Assembly (NCBI GenBank): GCA_963821525.1
Contig: CAWGED010000019.1
Coordinates: forward strand, 352,001 to 416,000
Source of the DNA: an uncultured Gemmatimonadales bacterium
Lineage (GTDB): Bacteria; Gemmatimonadota; Gemmatimonadetes; Gemmatimonadales; GWC2-71-9
Direction of reading: 5' to 3'
DNA length: 64,000 nucleotides
Shown here: piece by piece, positions 22,782 to 31,909 of the stretch
Layout of the letters: each line of letters starts with the position of its first letter
Numbering within the stretch: position 1 is the stretch's first letter
Program-made: the position numbers and the translations under genes
The notes under the pieces: generated by a model
What the model was told of the DNA's origin: nothing
Database searches by the model: none
What the model saw: the letters and a program-made list of their open reading frames with translations, nothing else

Positions 22782-22893
22782 GCCATAAGCCATAAGCCAT
22801 AAGCCATAAGCGCCCAGGTAATCCGGAGCTTATGGCTTATGGCTTACGGCTGACGGCTGACGGCTAACGGCTGACGGCTGACGGCTGACGGCT
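22782..22893. repeat. inverted heptamer arrays (GCCATAA x4 / GCTTATG-GCTGACG x9)
   Basis: Direct reading, between convergent genes. Confidence 0.9.
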
Positions 22894-22896
22894 CCC

Positions 22897-24111
22897 TCAA
22901 TACCCGAGCGATACCGGCCCGCCCAGCCAACCGGAAGCGTCCACGGTCCCGCTATTGCCCGACGGGCCAGACGGGTCGCCCCACCAATTGCCGGTCGCGT
23001 CCACCGACCCGTTTGCCAGGTTCATGATGCCGATACCATTGCCGGTGATGTTGCACCCGTTGATGCTCACCGATCCTGCATCGCTCAACACATATATCCC
23101 AGCAGTGCTGTTGGCGATCTCGCACGCCGTGAGCACCGCGCTGGCTCCTTCTATCTGTATGCCGATAGTGTTGGTCACTCGGGCGGAGAAGTCCAGCACC
23201 GCCGACGGTGCCAAGGCGCTGCCGATCTTCGCGCCGAACGAGCCGGGCTGACCGCCGATGTTGGAGATGTTGGTGGTATGCACGAACGATCCTGGAGCGA
23301 TGATCCGCACACCGAGGCCGGTCATCTCGGTGATCGTGGAGTTGTCAATCTGCAGAACGTGCCCGGCACTGAGGCCGATCGCGCCGAGCGATCCGTGGTC
23401 CAACACGGCGTTGCTGATGGTACTCGGCTGACCGGGAGCGCCGTCGAACCGGAGGCTGCCCCAGGGCTGGGCCAGGTCCATTGCGGTGAAGGTCGTCCCG
23501 GTTGCCGACAGCCGCCCACCGAGGTCGAACACGATACTCTGCAGCGGGCCGAGGCAGACCGTGGTCCCGGCCGCGATCGTCAGCAATCCGTTCTGTGGGG
23601 TATTGGCCCCGTTTGGCAGTACAATCGCACCTCCGGAGCTGGTCCAACTTGTCGACCCTACCAATCCACCGTTGACGTATGTCCCGGGAACGCACGCCGG
23701 GTTTTTCACGGCCACCGAAACGATGTCCACTTTGAGTGTCTTGGAGCTGCCGGGCTCGGTGTACTCCGCCTTCAGGCCTTGGACTCCGATTGAGGAACCC
23801 AAGGTCCAGTTTACTGTCCCGATTCCGGTGTTAGAGGTCTGACTGGTCGCTGGCACATTCCCGCCGCCGCCGGTGACGGTCCAGTCGATAGTCTGGTTGT
23901 TGATGTCGGTGGCGCCGGTCAGCTCCACCTGGACCTGCACCACGCCACTGGTGAGACCGGCCTGCTTGTCCTTGCCGGCCACCACGGTCAACGTCGCCGT
24001 CGAGGGGCCAGTACCCCCGCCACCCCCACCGCCACTGCTGGCGCACCGGACTCCGCCGATCACAACGAGGGCGATCGAGATCGCCCGGCCAACGAGCTGT
24101 CGAGGACGCAT
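22897..24111 (-). CDS. secreted/lipoprotein with Ig-like domain and right-handed beta-helix repeats
   Basis: Poly-Gly linker; T..TG.G.V.WTLG; LTIAAGT...; WG.L.F; I..CNITGN; DATGNWWGDPSGP. Confidence 0.75.
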   Translation of the reverse strand: MRPRQLVGRAISIALVVIGGVRCASSGGGGGGGTGPSTATLTVVAGKDKQAGLTSGVVQVQVELTGATDINNQTIDWTVTGGGGNVPATSQTSNTGIGTVNWTLGSSIGVQGLKAEYTEPGSSKTLKVDIVSVAVKNPACVPGTYVNGGLVGSTSWTSSGGAIVLPNGANTPQNGLLTIAAGTTVCLGPLQSIVFDLGGRLSATGTTFTAMDLAQPWGSLRFDGAPGQPSTISNAVLDHGSLGAIGLSAGHVLQIDNSTITEMTGLGVRIIAPGSFVHTTNISNIGGQPGSFGAKIGSALAPSAVLDFSARVTNTIGIQIEGASAVLTACEIANSTAGIYVLSDAGSVSINGCNITGNGIGIMNLANGSVDATGNWWGDPSGPSGNSGTVDASGWLGGPVSLGY

Positions 24112-24225
24112 GGGGAGGCTCCCTATTCCCGGGTGTGCCATAGATACGCGGGCACGGCTCAGGATTCTCACTCAGGCGCCAGGACCGGCAGCTCCAAGCT
24201 TCAGGAGCCCCCTAGTCCTCCCATC

Positions 24226-25432
24226 CTACAAATACGACCACCACCATCCCCGCCCGCCCTGTTTCTTGATTCCGAACCAGCGGCAGAACGGGTAGAGTCC
24301 CACCACCACTGCGATCCAGACCAGGTAGATCACCGGCAACCCGAAGCCGTAGGTGCTGGGTAGCTGGCGGTAGATCTTGGCCATCTCGCCCACCGAGTAT
24401 CCCTGAACTGCGCCTCCGGCGATCGCTGCAAGGTGGATGACGTACAGATGAGCCACATAGTAGAAGAGCGGGACCTGGCCGAAGACCCGGAGCCACTCCG
24501 CGACCGGGCCCCGCAACCGCTCCAGGAAAGCCAACCCCACCAGCGCGGGTCCCAGGGTGATCAGCAGGAACTGAAGCGACGCGGGATACTTGGTCACGTT
24601 GATGAACGAGAACAGCGTCATCAGGCCGTTGCGTTGCGGGCTCCACGGGGCGGGATCGCCGTAGACATTGAGCGTCCTGAGCACCAGGAATCCCGCGATC
24701 ATCGCGAGTCCCAGGCGGACCAGAGTCCGGCGCCGCTGATCACCCGGCAGGTCCAGCACGGGACCGAGGAGGTAGCCGAGCGCCATCACGCCGATCCAGG
24801 GCAGCAGGGGATAGGTCACGAACACGGGCAGCCCAGGGAGCTGGCCCTGGACATGGAGCACGGTCCACAGCGTCGCGAGGCTCCCCTGCATCCTGCGGCG
24901 TGATGCCATCCAGCAGGTTATGTCCGGCGACGATGGCGACCGCAATCGCCAGGATCGTCGAGCGGGGAAGGTAGACCAGCCCGGCCAGAGCGATCATCGA
25001 GACTCCGATCGCCCAGATCACCTGGGCCCGCAAGCCGAGCTCGAAGCGGAAATTGAGGTACCAGGCGAATGACACCAGGGTGAACTCGAGCAGCACCAGC
25101 CAGAGCCCACGCTTGAGCAGGAAGCCGGCGAGTTCACCCCGGCTCCGCCGACGGCCCGCGAGCCAGGCGCTGGTCCCCGCGAGCAGCACGAAGGTGGGGG
25201 CGCAGAAATGGGTGACCCAGCGGGTAAGGAACAGCGCAGCTGTGGTCTGGGTCAGATCCGTCGCATCGAATCTCGCCGACGTGAAATAGTCCCGGACATG
25301 ATCCAGGGTCATGACGACGATGACCAGGCCACGCAGCATGTCCACCGAGGTCAGACGTTTGCTGCCGGCGCCGGGCGTAGAGGGACGCGCCGATGAAGTC
25401 GACGGACGTGGGGCAATCGCGGCGGTGTTCAC
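24226..25432 (-). CDS. DUF1624 / HGSNAT-like membrane protein, frameshift near 24890
   Basis: RLTSVDMLRGL...DHVRD, RWVTHFCAPTF, YPLLPWIG, KYPASL, GQVPLFYYVAH, WWSYL. Confidence 0.85.
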
Positions 25433-25549
25433 GGTCTTCCATGTTAGGGACCGGTTCGTGATGGAGCTATTTCGCCGCCGCGAACTTATCGGTAGGAATT
25501 CGGCCTACACGCTTAGAGGTCTTGCCTCCTTACCCGGCGAGGGCAAAGA

Positions 25550-25588
25550 AAAAGCTCCACAACGAGTGTCGTTGCGGAGCTTCGTTTT
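25550..25588. terminator. terminator downstream of tRNA-Pro
   Basis: aaaagctccacaacga-gtg-tcgttgcggagctt with flanking A/T runs. Confidence 0.65.
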
Positions 25589-25594
25589 CAACCA

Positions 25595-25668
25595 TCGGGA
25601 CGGCGGGATTCGAACCCGCGACCCCCTGAACCCCATTCAGGTGCGCTACCGGGCTGCGCTACGTCCCG
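25595..25668 (-). tRNA. tRNA-Pro(GGG)
   Basis: Reverse complement CGGGACGTAGCGCAGCCCGGTAGCGCACCTGAATGGGGTTCAGG...GGTTCGAATCC...; no encoded CCA. Confidence 0.95.
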
Positions 25669-25705
25669 TCAACAAATACGTCTCTCTGTTTCTGTCCCCC
25701 TCAAA

Positions 25706-25890
25706 GCTACCGGGCGCGCGAAGCCGTCCCAGCGCAGCGAGGGACCGGCGAACAAATCAAGAGGGTTCGACCCGACCCGACCGAGCGATAGCGAGGGAGG
25801 TCAACCCCATTCAGAGCCTGTCCCGAGCATCGCGAGGGATGCGCTACCGGGCTGCGCGGAGCCTGTCCCGAGCGCAGCGAGGGATCCCGT
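25706..25890 (-). pseudogene. degenerate tRNA-Pro copies interrupted by four REP-like palindromes
   Basis: Exact tRNA pieces aaccccattcag, tgcgctaccgggctgcgc and tcccgt, in order, separated by GAGCCTGTCCCGAGCGCAGCGAGGGA-type units. Confidence 0.8.
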
Positions 25891-26120
25891 GACTACAACT
25901 ACCAGCTAACGGTCTCTGCTTCCCTCGAAGCGGACCGGCGGACGGGCGGAGCCGACCACCCGATCGAACGACGAACCAATCTGAATCTTCAATCTGCAGT
26001 CGCCGACCTGCTCACCCGTCTCAGCGGGCCGGTAAGCTAGTCCGGCACTCCAGCGCGGGGAAGCCCTCGGAATCCGCGCCAGTCGAATATCTTCCATAAG
26101 CCCTGCGAGGGTTCGCCCTT

Positions 26121-26519
26121 ATGTCTCGATTCCTGCTTCGCCTCACCGCTTCTCTGACCCTGGTCGCCGCCTGCAGCTCGGGCACTCCGCCGAAAACGCC
26201 CGACCCCGCCGTGGGCAGTATCAGCGCCACCGCATCGGTAGACTCATCCACCGCCGATACGTCGGGCGCAGTTGTCAGGGTGGACAACCGCGCCTTTGAC
26301 GACATGGCGATCTACGTGGTTTACGCCTCGCAGCGCATCCGACTCGGCGTCGCGACGGGGAATAGCGTCACCGACCTGCGCGTCCTTCCCTTCATCGTGG
26401 CCACCGGTCCGGTCTCGGTTCGGTTCGCGGCCGATCCAATAGGAGGGACCACTCCCATTCTGACCGAACCCATCACGGTCCAGCGAGGAGACATGGTGTC
26501 CCTGCTGATTCCCAGATAG
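26121..26519 (+). CDS. hypothetical lipoprotein
   Basis: Lipobox VAAC; VRVDNRAFDDM.IY...RLG. Confidence 0.75.
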   Translation: MSRFLLRLTASLTLVAACSSGTPPKTPDPAVGSISATASVDSSTADTSGAVVRVDNRAFDDMAIYVVYASQRIRLGVATGNSVTDLRVLPFIVATGPVSVRFAADPIGGTTPILTEPITVQRGDMVSLLIPR

Positions 26520-26548
26520 TCGGCCGAAGTCCCGAGAAGGGCGTAGGG

Positions 26549-26630
26549 CATCACTCAATCCCCACATCCAAACATCCCTCACATCCCTACATCCCTCAAT
26601 CCCTCAATCCCTCAATCCCTCAAATCCCCC
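26549..26630. repeat. 8-9-mer tandem array (CAATCCCT/CACATCCCT)
   Basis: Direct reading, between convergent genes. Confidence 0.85.
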
Positions 26631-26844
26631 CACCCATCCCCGCCTCTCCTCCATCCTGCACCGACGCGTTCAACGCCACCGCGAGCGCCGCGTCTCCGGA
26701 GATCAGGTCCTTCCAGGTCAGCTCACGGCCTTTGCGCTTTCCTTTGATGGTGAGCAGCAGGCCCTGGGGAGAAATCGTCAGCACGTAGGCCTGGCCATCA
26801 ATATCGATCTCGCGCTTGAGAGCCTTTTCGAGTTTGGTCATCAT
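26620..26844 (-). CDS. small hypothetical protein
   Basis: MMTKLEKALKREIDIDG..Y.LTISP.GL.LT.KGKRKG..L.W.DL.SGDAALA.ALNAS; coding-like codon use. Confidence 0.7.
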   Translation of the reverse strand: MMTKLEKALKREIDIDGQAYVLTISPQGLLLTIKGKRKGRELTWKDLISGDAALAVALNASVQDGGEAGMGGGI

Positions 26845-27362
26845 CGTGGTCCCGATAGGGGAAGCATTGGTGACGGACCCCGGAAAAGTGGGGCGGTCAC
26901 CCGGCGCCGACAAGACTGCCTTTAGGCCATACGGCCCTTAAAGCCATGGGCCATAAGCCACAAGCTCGAGGCTGGGCCGGTCGGACCGCGCCGGAGGCAA
27001 CTTGACGGCCTGCTGTGGATGGAAGTGGGAATTCGTGAGACGGTCGCGAGTCGTGGTTCGTGAGTCCTGGGTCGCGGGACCCATGACTCATGACACTCGC
27101 CGATCAGAGATTGCTTTTGACGCTAACAGAGTGGCGCGCGGCCAGCCCCGGGTTGAACCACAGAGCGCACCCTTCGAACGACCTGCGATCCCGGAGAAAA
27201 CTCTCCGAGGCCAGCCTCGCGGGCGCAGCAGGAAGCAGGTCGCGGGCCAAGCTCGGACTAATGGTTAAGTTATTCTAATGATTAGACTTACAAATAATTC
27301 AACAGTGTCGAATCAAATCCTCGTCGCGGCGTCTTACCTGCAGCGTGGGCGGGATGAGCATG

Positions 27363-27473
27363 GGCGGGATGGCGGAAAGGCGGTAAGGCGGGAGGGCGGT
27401 CGGGGCGGTCAGGGCGGACGGGGCGGACGGGGCGGACGGGGCGGACGGGGCGGACGGCGGCGGACGGGGCGGA
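27363..27473. repeat. G-rich 8-9-mer array (GGGCGGACG and variants)
   Basis: About 12 units, 5 of them exact GGGCGGACG. Confidence 0.9.
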
Positions 27474-27558
27474 GCGATGGTAGCAAAATGCGCCCTGTGA
27501 TACCTCGTCGCCGCCTGTCGCCAAGGAGCCGTCCATTGTAGACTCCTCCCGCGCCAAT

Positions 27559-27627
27559 CCTGTTCCCTGTTCCCCGTTCCCTGTTCCCGCTTTTCACCGT
27601 TCACCCGTCTCCCTTCTCCCGTCTCCC
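27559..27627. repeat. pyrimidine-rich heptamer array (CCTGTTC / CCGTCTC)
   Basis: Direct reading, just before the DUF885 start. Confidence 0.8.
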
Positions 27628-27636
27628 AAAGACCCC

Positions 27637-29592
27637 ATGCAACGTCGCACCTTCCTGCGGCATACCGGCGAAGCTGCTATGGCGTTCGGCATTCTGCGCC
27701 ATCTCCCGGCCTGCACCGGCACCGGAGCAGCCGGCGCCAGCAAGGCCGACCACGGGTTCCTTTCCCTCAGGGACCGCTATTTCCTGAAGGCGCTCGAGCT
27801 GAATCCGGTGACGGCCACCTATCTCGGCGGGGATGGCTACGACCCGTCGCTCGCGAAGATCAACAGTCGGCTTCGCGACTACCGGCCGCCGGCGCTGGGT
27901 GACGAACGGACCTTCTACCTCGGCATAAGCAAGGAGCTCGAGGCAATCGACGCGACCAAGCTGACCTCGGCGAGCCGGGTAGATCACCAGGTGATGACGG
28001 CCCAGCTCCGCTTCATGCTCCACCAGCTGGAAGACCTGAAGCAGTATCAGCGGGCGATCGACACCTACGTGGCCGAGCCGTTCCGTGGCGTGGACTGGCA
28101 GATCCAGGGGATGTCGGGTGGCGCGGAGGGAAGTCCAGAGCTTGGCACGGAGGACGAATGGGGACTGGTGGTCGAGCGAGTCCGCGCGATCCCTCCCTAT
28201 CTCGAGGTAGCAAAGGCCAATCTCGAGGCCGGGAAGGCAGCGGGGAATCTTCCCGATCACCGCATGGTGGAGCGCGACGGCGTCAACGGTTCGAAGGCCA
28301 ACGCCGAGTATTTCCGTACCACGCTTCAGACTACGGCCAAGAACTTCCTCGGGAGCCGGCCCTTCGCTGGCTCGACCCTGGGTGATCTCGAGTCTTCCGG
28401 CCGACAGGCAGCCGATGCGTGGGAAGACTTCGCTGCGTTCCTGCTCAAGACCTACGATCCTCAGGATGTCACCGACCACTTCAGTGCAGGTGAGAAGGAA
28501 TACCAGTGGCGCCTCGAGAATGTCCTCCAGGAAAAGCGCACCGCGGCGCAACTCTGGGACTACGGGCTCGAGCAGACGACTCTCTACGAGAACAAGATCT
28601 TCGAAGTCGCTCAGGAAGTAGCCAAGGAAGCTGGGCTTTCGCTTCCCTTCGGAACCGACGCGGAGAAGCGCGACGGCATCCGGGCGGCAATGGAGTACCT
28701 CTCCAAAGACTCACCGCGTAACGACGACGAGCTGCTTCAGTGGTACATCGACGCCGGCAAGCGGGCGGTAGAGTACGGGAGGGAACACCGGCTGTTCGAC
28801 ATCCCGCAGGACTACCGGCTCGATGTCACCCCGACTCCGCCGGTTCTCCGCAGCACGATTGACGCGGCCTATTATCCGGCGCCTCCATTCAAGAAGACCG
28901 GCGTGGGCCGCTTCTATCTCACTCCGACCGGCAATGATCCCGCGGCGCTCAAGCTCAACAATCGCGCGTCCGTCGCCGACACCGCAGTGCACGAAGGCTT
29001 CCCGGGCCACGACTGGCACTACAAGTACATGAACCAGCACGCGGCCGAGATTTCCAATGTCCGTTGGTTCACTCCGGGCGCGGTCGAGGATTCCTCCGCG
29101 ATGTGGCTTGACTCCCAGTCAACCGAAGGATGGGCCTTGTACAGCGAGGAGCTGATGGCCGAGCCGGCGGAAGGACGTCCTCACGGCTTTTACACAGCGG
29201 CGGAGCATCTCTACGAGCTGCAGGGGCAGCTGCTGCGCGCGGTGCGGGTCCGGGTGGACACCGGTCTGCACACCGGCCGCATGACCTTCGCCGATGCCGT
29301 GGACTTCTTCACCGAGCACGTGTCGTTCTATCCGAAGGCGGCAGCCGCGGCCGCGCGCGATGCGAAGGCGAAAGCCATCGTTGAGGGAGCGACACGGGCC
29401 ATCTACCGCTACTCCAAGTGGCCCACCCAGGCCATCACCTACAACCTGGGCAAGAATGCGATCCTCGCTTTGCGTGAGCAGGTGCGCCAAAAAGAAGGAG
29501 ACAAGTTCTCCGCCCGGGAATTCCACGAGCGCTTCATGCGCCAGGGCCCCGTCCCCGTGGGATACATGGCTGATGAAGTGCTGAAGGGGTAG
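27637..29592 (+). CDS. DUF885 family Tat lipoprotein (putative metallopeptidase)
   Basis: MQRRTFL...LPAC; AAYYP, HEGFPGH, EGWALYSE, RAVRVRVDTGLH, PTQAITY.LG. Confidence 0.9.
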   Translation: MQRRTFLRHTGEAAMAFGILRHLPACTGTGAAGASKADHGFLSLRDRYFLKALELNPVTATYLGGDGYDPSLAKINSRLRDYRPPALGDERTFYLGISKELEAIDATKLTSASRVDHQVMTAQLRFMLHQLEDLKQYQRAIDTYVAEPFRGVDWQIQGMSGGAEGSPELGTEDEWGLVVERVRAIPPYLEVAKANLEAGKAAGNLPDHRMVERDGVNGSKANAEYFRTTLQTTAKNFLGSRPFAGSTLGDLESSGRQAADAWEDFAAFLLKTYDPQDVTDHFSAGEKEYQWRLENVLQEKRTAAQLWDYGLEQTTLYENKIFEVAQEVAKEAGLSLPFGTDAEKRDGIRAAMEYLSKDSPRNDDELLQWYIDAGKRAVEYGREHRLFDIPQDYRLDVTPTPPVLRSTIDAAYYPAPPFKKTGVGRFYLTPTGNDPAALKLNNRASVADTAVHEGFPGHDWHYKYMNQHAAEISNVRWFTPGAVEDSSAMWLDSQSTEGWALYSEELMAEPAEGRPHGFYTAAEHLYELQGQLLRAVRVRVDTGLHTGRMTFADAVDFFTEHVSFYPKAAAAAARDAKAKAIVEGATRAIYRYSKWPTQAITYNLGKNAILALREQVRQKEGDKFSAREFHERFMRQGPVPVGYMADEVLKG

Positions 29593-29739
29593 CAGGCCAG
29601 TGCATCACTCTTGTACAGTGCTGGGAAACACCGTCAAATAACGCGAAAGGAACAAAACACCGACGTGTGGCATCACTCATGCTTTCTTGGGAAAGCGTGG
29701 GGAAGCGGGGTGGATGGGAGCACCCGCGAGGAGGACAGG

Positions 29740-29985
29740 ATGCCGTACGCGTTTGACGGGGAAGATCGCTCGAATCAGGAGCCTTGGGAAACCACGGAAG
29801 CGTGGCGAGGGGACATGCATCTCCCCGACGAGACTTCATGGCTCGGCGAGGCGACGTCGGATGGGAATATCGAGAAGGAAGAAGTGGAGGAACACAGCGG
29901 CTGGCGCGGGCATCAGCATTTCGCCGACTGGCCCGAAGAACTGGCGGGCCCGGAGTACTGGCTGTACAAGCGGATGGCCGAGTAA
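29740..29985 (+). CDS. small acidic Trp-rich hypothetical protein
   Basis: SD GAGGAGG; 81 aa ending WPEELAGPEYWLYKRMAE. Confidence 0.6.
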   Translation: MPYAFDGEDRSNQEPWETTEAWRGDMHLPDETSWLGEATSDGNIEKEEVEEHSGWRGHQHFADWPEELAGPEYWLYKRMAE

Positions 29986-30007
29986 ACACTGAAAAGTCAG
30001 AAAACAC

Positions 30008-30047
30008 AAACCCCGCGGTCCGGAACCGGACGGCGGGGTTTTTCTTT
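30008..30047. terminator. bidirectional intrinsic terminator
   Basis: aaaccccgc-gtccgg/ccggac-gcggggttttt. Confidence 0.8.
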
Positions 30048-30055
30048 GTGGGTAG

Positions 30056-30127
30056 AGCCACTGGTCGGAATTGAACCGACGACCGCTCGATTACGAATCG
30101 AGAGCTCTACCGCTGAGCTACAGTGGC
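30056..30127 (-). tRNA. tRNA-Thr(CGT)
   Basis: Reverse complement GCCACTGTAGCTCAGCGGTAGAGC, anticodon arm CTCGA-TTCGTAA-TCGAG. Confidence 0.95.
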
Positions 30128-30137
30128 GGAAGACGCA

Positions 30138-30219
30138 TGCCCTGGCGCGGATTCGAACCGCGACGCCTTTCGGCACTACCCCCTCAAGATAGCGTGTCTA
30201 CCAGTTTCACCACCAGGGC
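30138..30219 (-). tRNA. tRNA-Leu(GAG)
   Basis: Reverse complement GCCCTGGTGGTGAAACTGGTAGAC, anticodon arm CTATC-TTGAGGG-GGTAG, long variable arm. Confidence 0.95.
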
Positions 30220-30284
30220 GCGGGGCCAATCTTAGTGAGCGATCAGAGCAGACGCAACCCGATCCACCGCCCGCGCAACCTGCG

Positions 30285-31890
30285 CTATTTCACGTCGCTG
30301 AAGTAGGGGCTGCCGCTGATTGGGGTGCCGTCGAACGTGATATCGAGGCGGTCAGTACCCTTGGAAAACGGCAGGTACTGCGCCGAATAAGTCCCGTCGT
30401 TGTTATCCACGATCGTTGGGGTCGCGCTGTTGGTACCGGTCACTCGGATCAGGAAACGGCTGGCAAAGCCTCCGGTCTTGATGTCGTTGCCGAAAGCATC
30501 CCGGGTGTCGATCTCAATATCGGTGAAGCGGAGCCGCCTGCCCTTGGGGACGTTGGCGTCGGTAGTGGCGGGCGCCGGTATCCCGGAACCACCGTGATAT
30601 CTACTTCGTCGTCCAGCTGCACCGGCCCACCGATGCACCGACTCTCTTGGTTTCGGCAACCGTGGAAGAAAGGCTGCCGGTAGTCTGCCCGTTCGCATCG
30701 GTGACCTGAGTCGGCTGGGTCACCGTGTTACCGGAACCGCTCGCGGTAAGCGTGACGTTGAGACCCTGAACGGGCAGCCGGTCGAGTCTCGGATGGTGAC
30801 GGTGATGACCGAGCTACCGGTGCCCGCCGTGATCGTAAGCGGATTCGCGGAGATGGACGAGAGCGAGGCACTGGGTCCACGCTGCACCAGCCTGATGCTG
30901 TGGGATGTGGTGGTCAGATATCCCGGCGCGGCGAAGAGCAGGACGTAGTCGCCCGGTCGGTCCAAAGAGTGAGAGGTCGGAATAGACCGCGCGCCCCGCG
31001 CGCATCGGTAGTCACCGTCGTATGGCCATTGATCGTACCGCCGCCGCTCGCGACCGCCGCCGTTACCCGAACTCCCGAGATGGCCTGCGGCGCACCCAGT
31101 CCGGATCGGTCAGCTGAACCACTGGCTGCCGGGGGAATGGAATGTTGTGACGCGCTGTATCAGACGGCTGGGTCGTTACCTTGAGGATCGGGGGTGCGCC
31201 AGGAGTGGCCGTCGCCTTGAAGTCGATGGTGACGCCGGGGACAGGATCCAGCGTCGCGACCAGGCTCTGCTGGCCCGCTCCACCACCCAGGGTCCAAGCC
31301 GTCTCCGCTAGACCCGTGCTGTTCGACACCGAGCTGGTCGGGTCGACTCCGCCGGCTCCCGGATTCCAGACGACTGTGATGCCAGATACCGGATTGCCGT
31401 ACTTGTCCGTGACCTTGACGGCAAGCATGTCGGGCAGAAGCTGGCCGGTCTCGCCAACCTGTCCATCTCCCCCGGCGCGTACCAGCGCCTTGGCCGCGGC
31501 GGGAAGTGCGGTCGCGGTGAATACTGCGGGGTGGGAGATCCCGGTCGAATCGCCGACCCCGATTTGTACGGTCTGCGTACCCGACTGAGTTCCGAGAACC
31601 CACCGGAAAGCGAGCCGCCCCCCATCATCGGTCCGGGGGGCGGCAGCCTCTACCAATCCGCCATTGAGCAGATTGGTCCCTATAGGCTGCCCTGTAACCG
31701 GACGGCCTTGGAAGTCTGTGACCTTGATGATCAGGGAATCCTGGACGGTATCGCCGACGATGGCCTGCTGCGCCTGCCCCGAGACGACCGCAACCAATGC
31801 AGGATCCCCCTGCCGAGGCAGGACGAGGTCTTGTCCGCAGCCTGAGGTGAGGAGGATAAGGAAAGCAGGAAGCGCAGTGCGACGATCCAT
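30285..31890 (-). CDS. Ig-like (Big_1/invasin, filamin-like) repeat lipoprotein, several frameshifts
   Basis: Lipobox TSGC; GDGQ.G...V.VTD..GNPV.G..V.W; C-terminal DNNDGTYSA.Y...G.PISGSPY. Confidence 0.75.
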
Positions 31891-31909
31891 GCTGACCGGT
31901 CCTGCCACG

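Noticed and set aside
25706..25890. CRISPR array
   Set aside because: Units are degenerate, spacers are short and uneven and are colinear pieces of the adjacent tRNA, and no cas genes are present.
25595..25890. attL/attR of an integrated element at tRNA-Pro
   Set aside because: The duplicated parts lie immediately 5' of the gene and include the D-arm and 5' end rather than a distant 3'-end copy; no integrase is in the window.
27278..27604. Small ORFs with RGG or PVR repeats
   Set aside because: They are translations of the GGGCGGACG array in several frames, with no SD or coding evidence.
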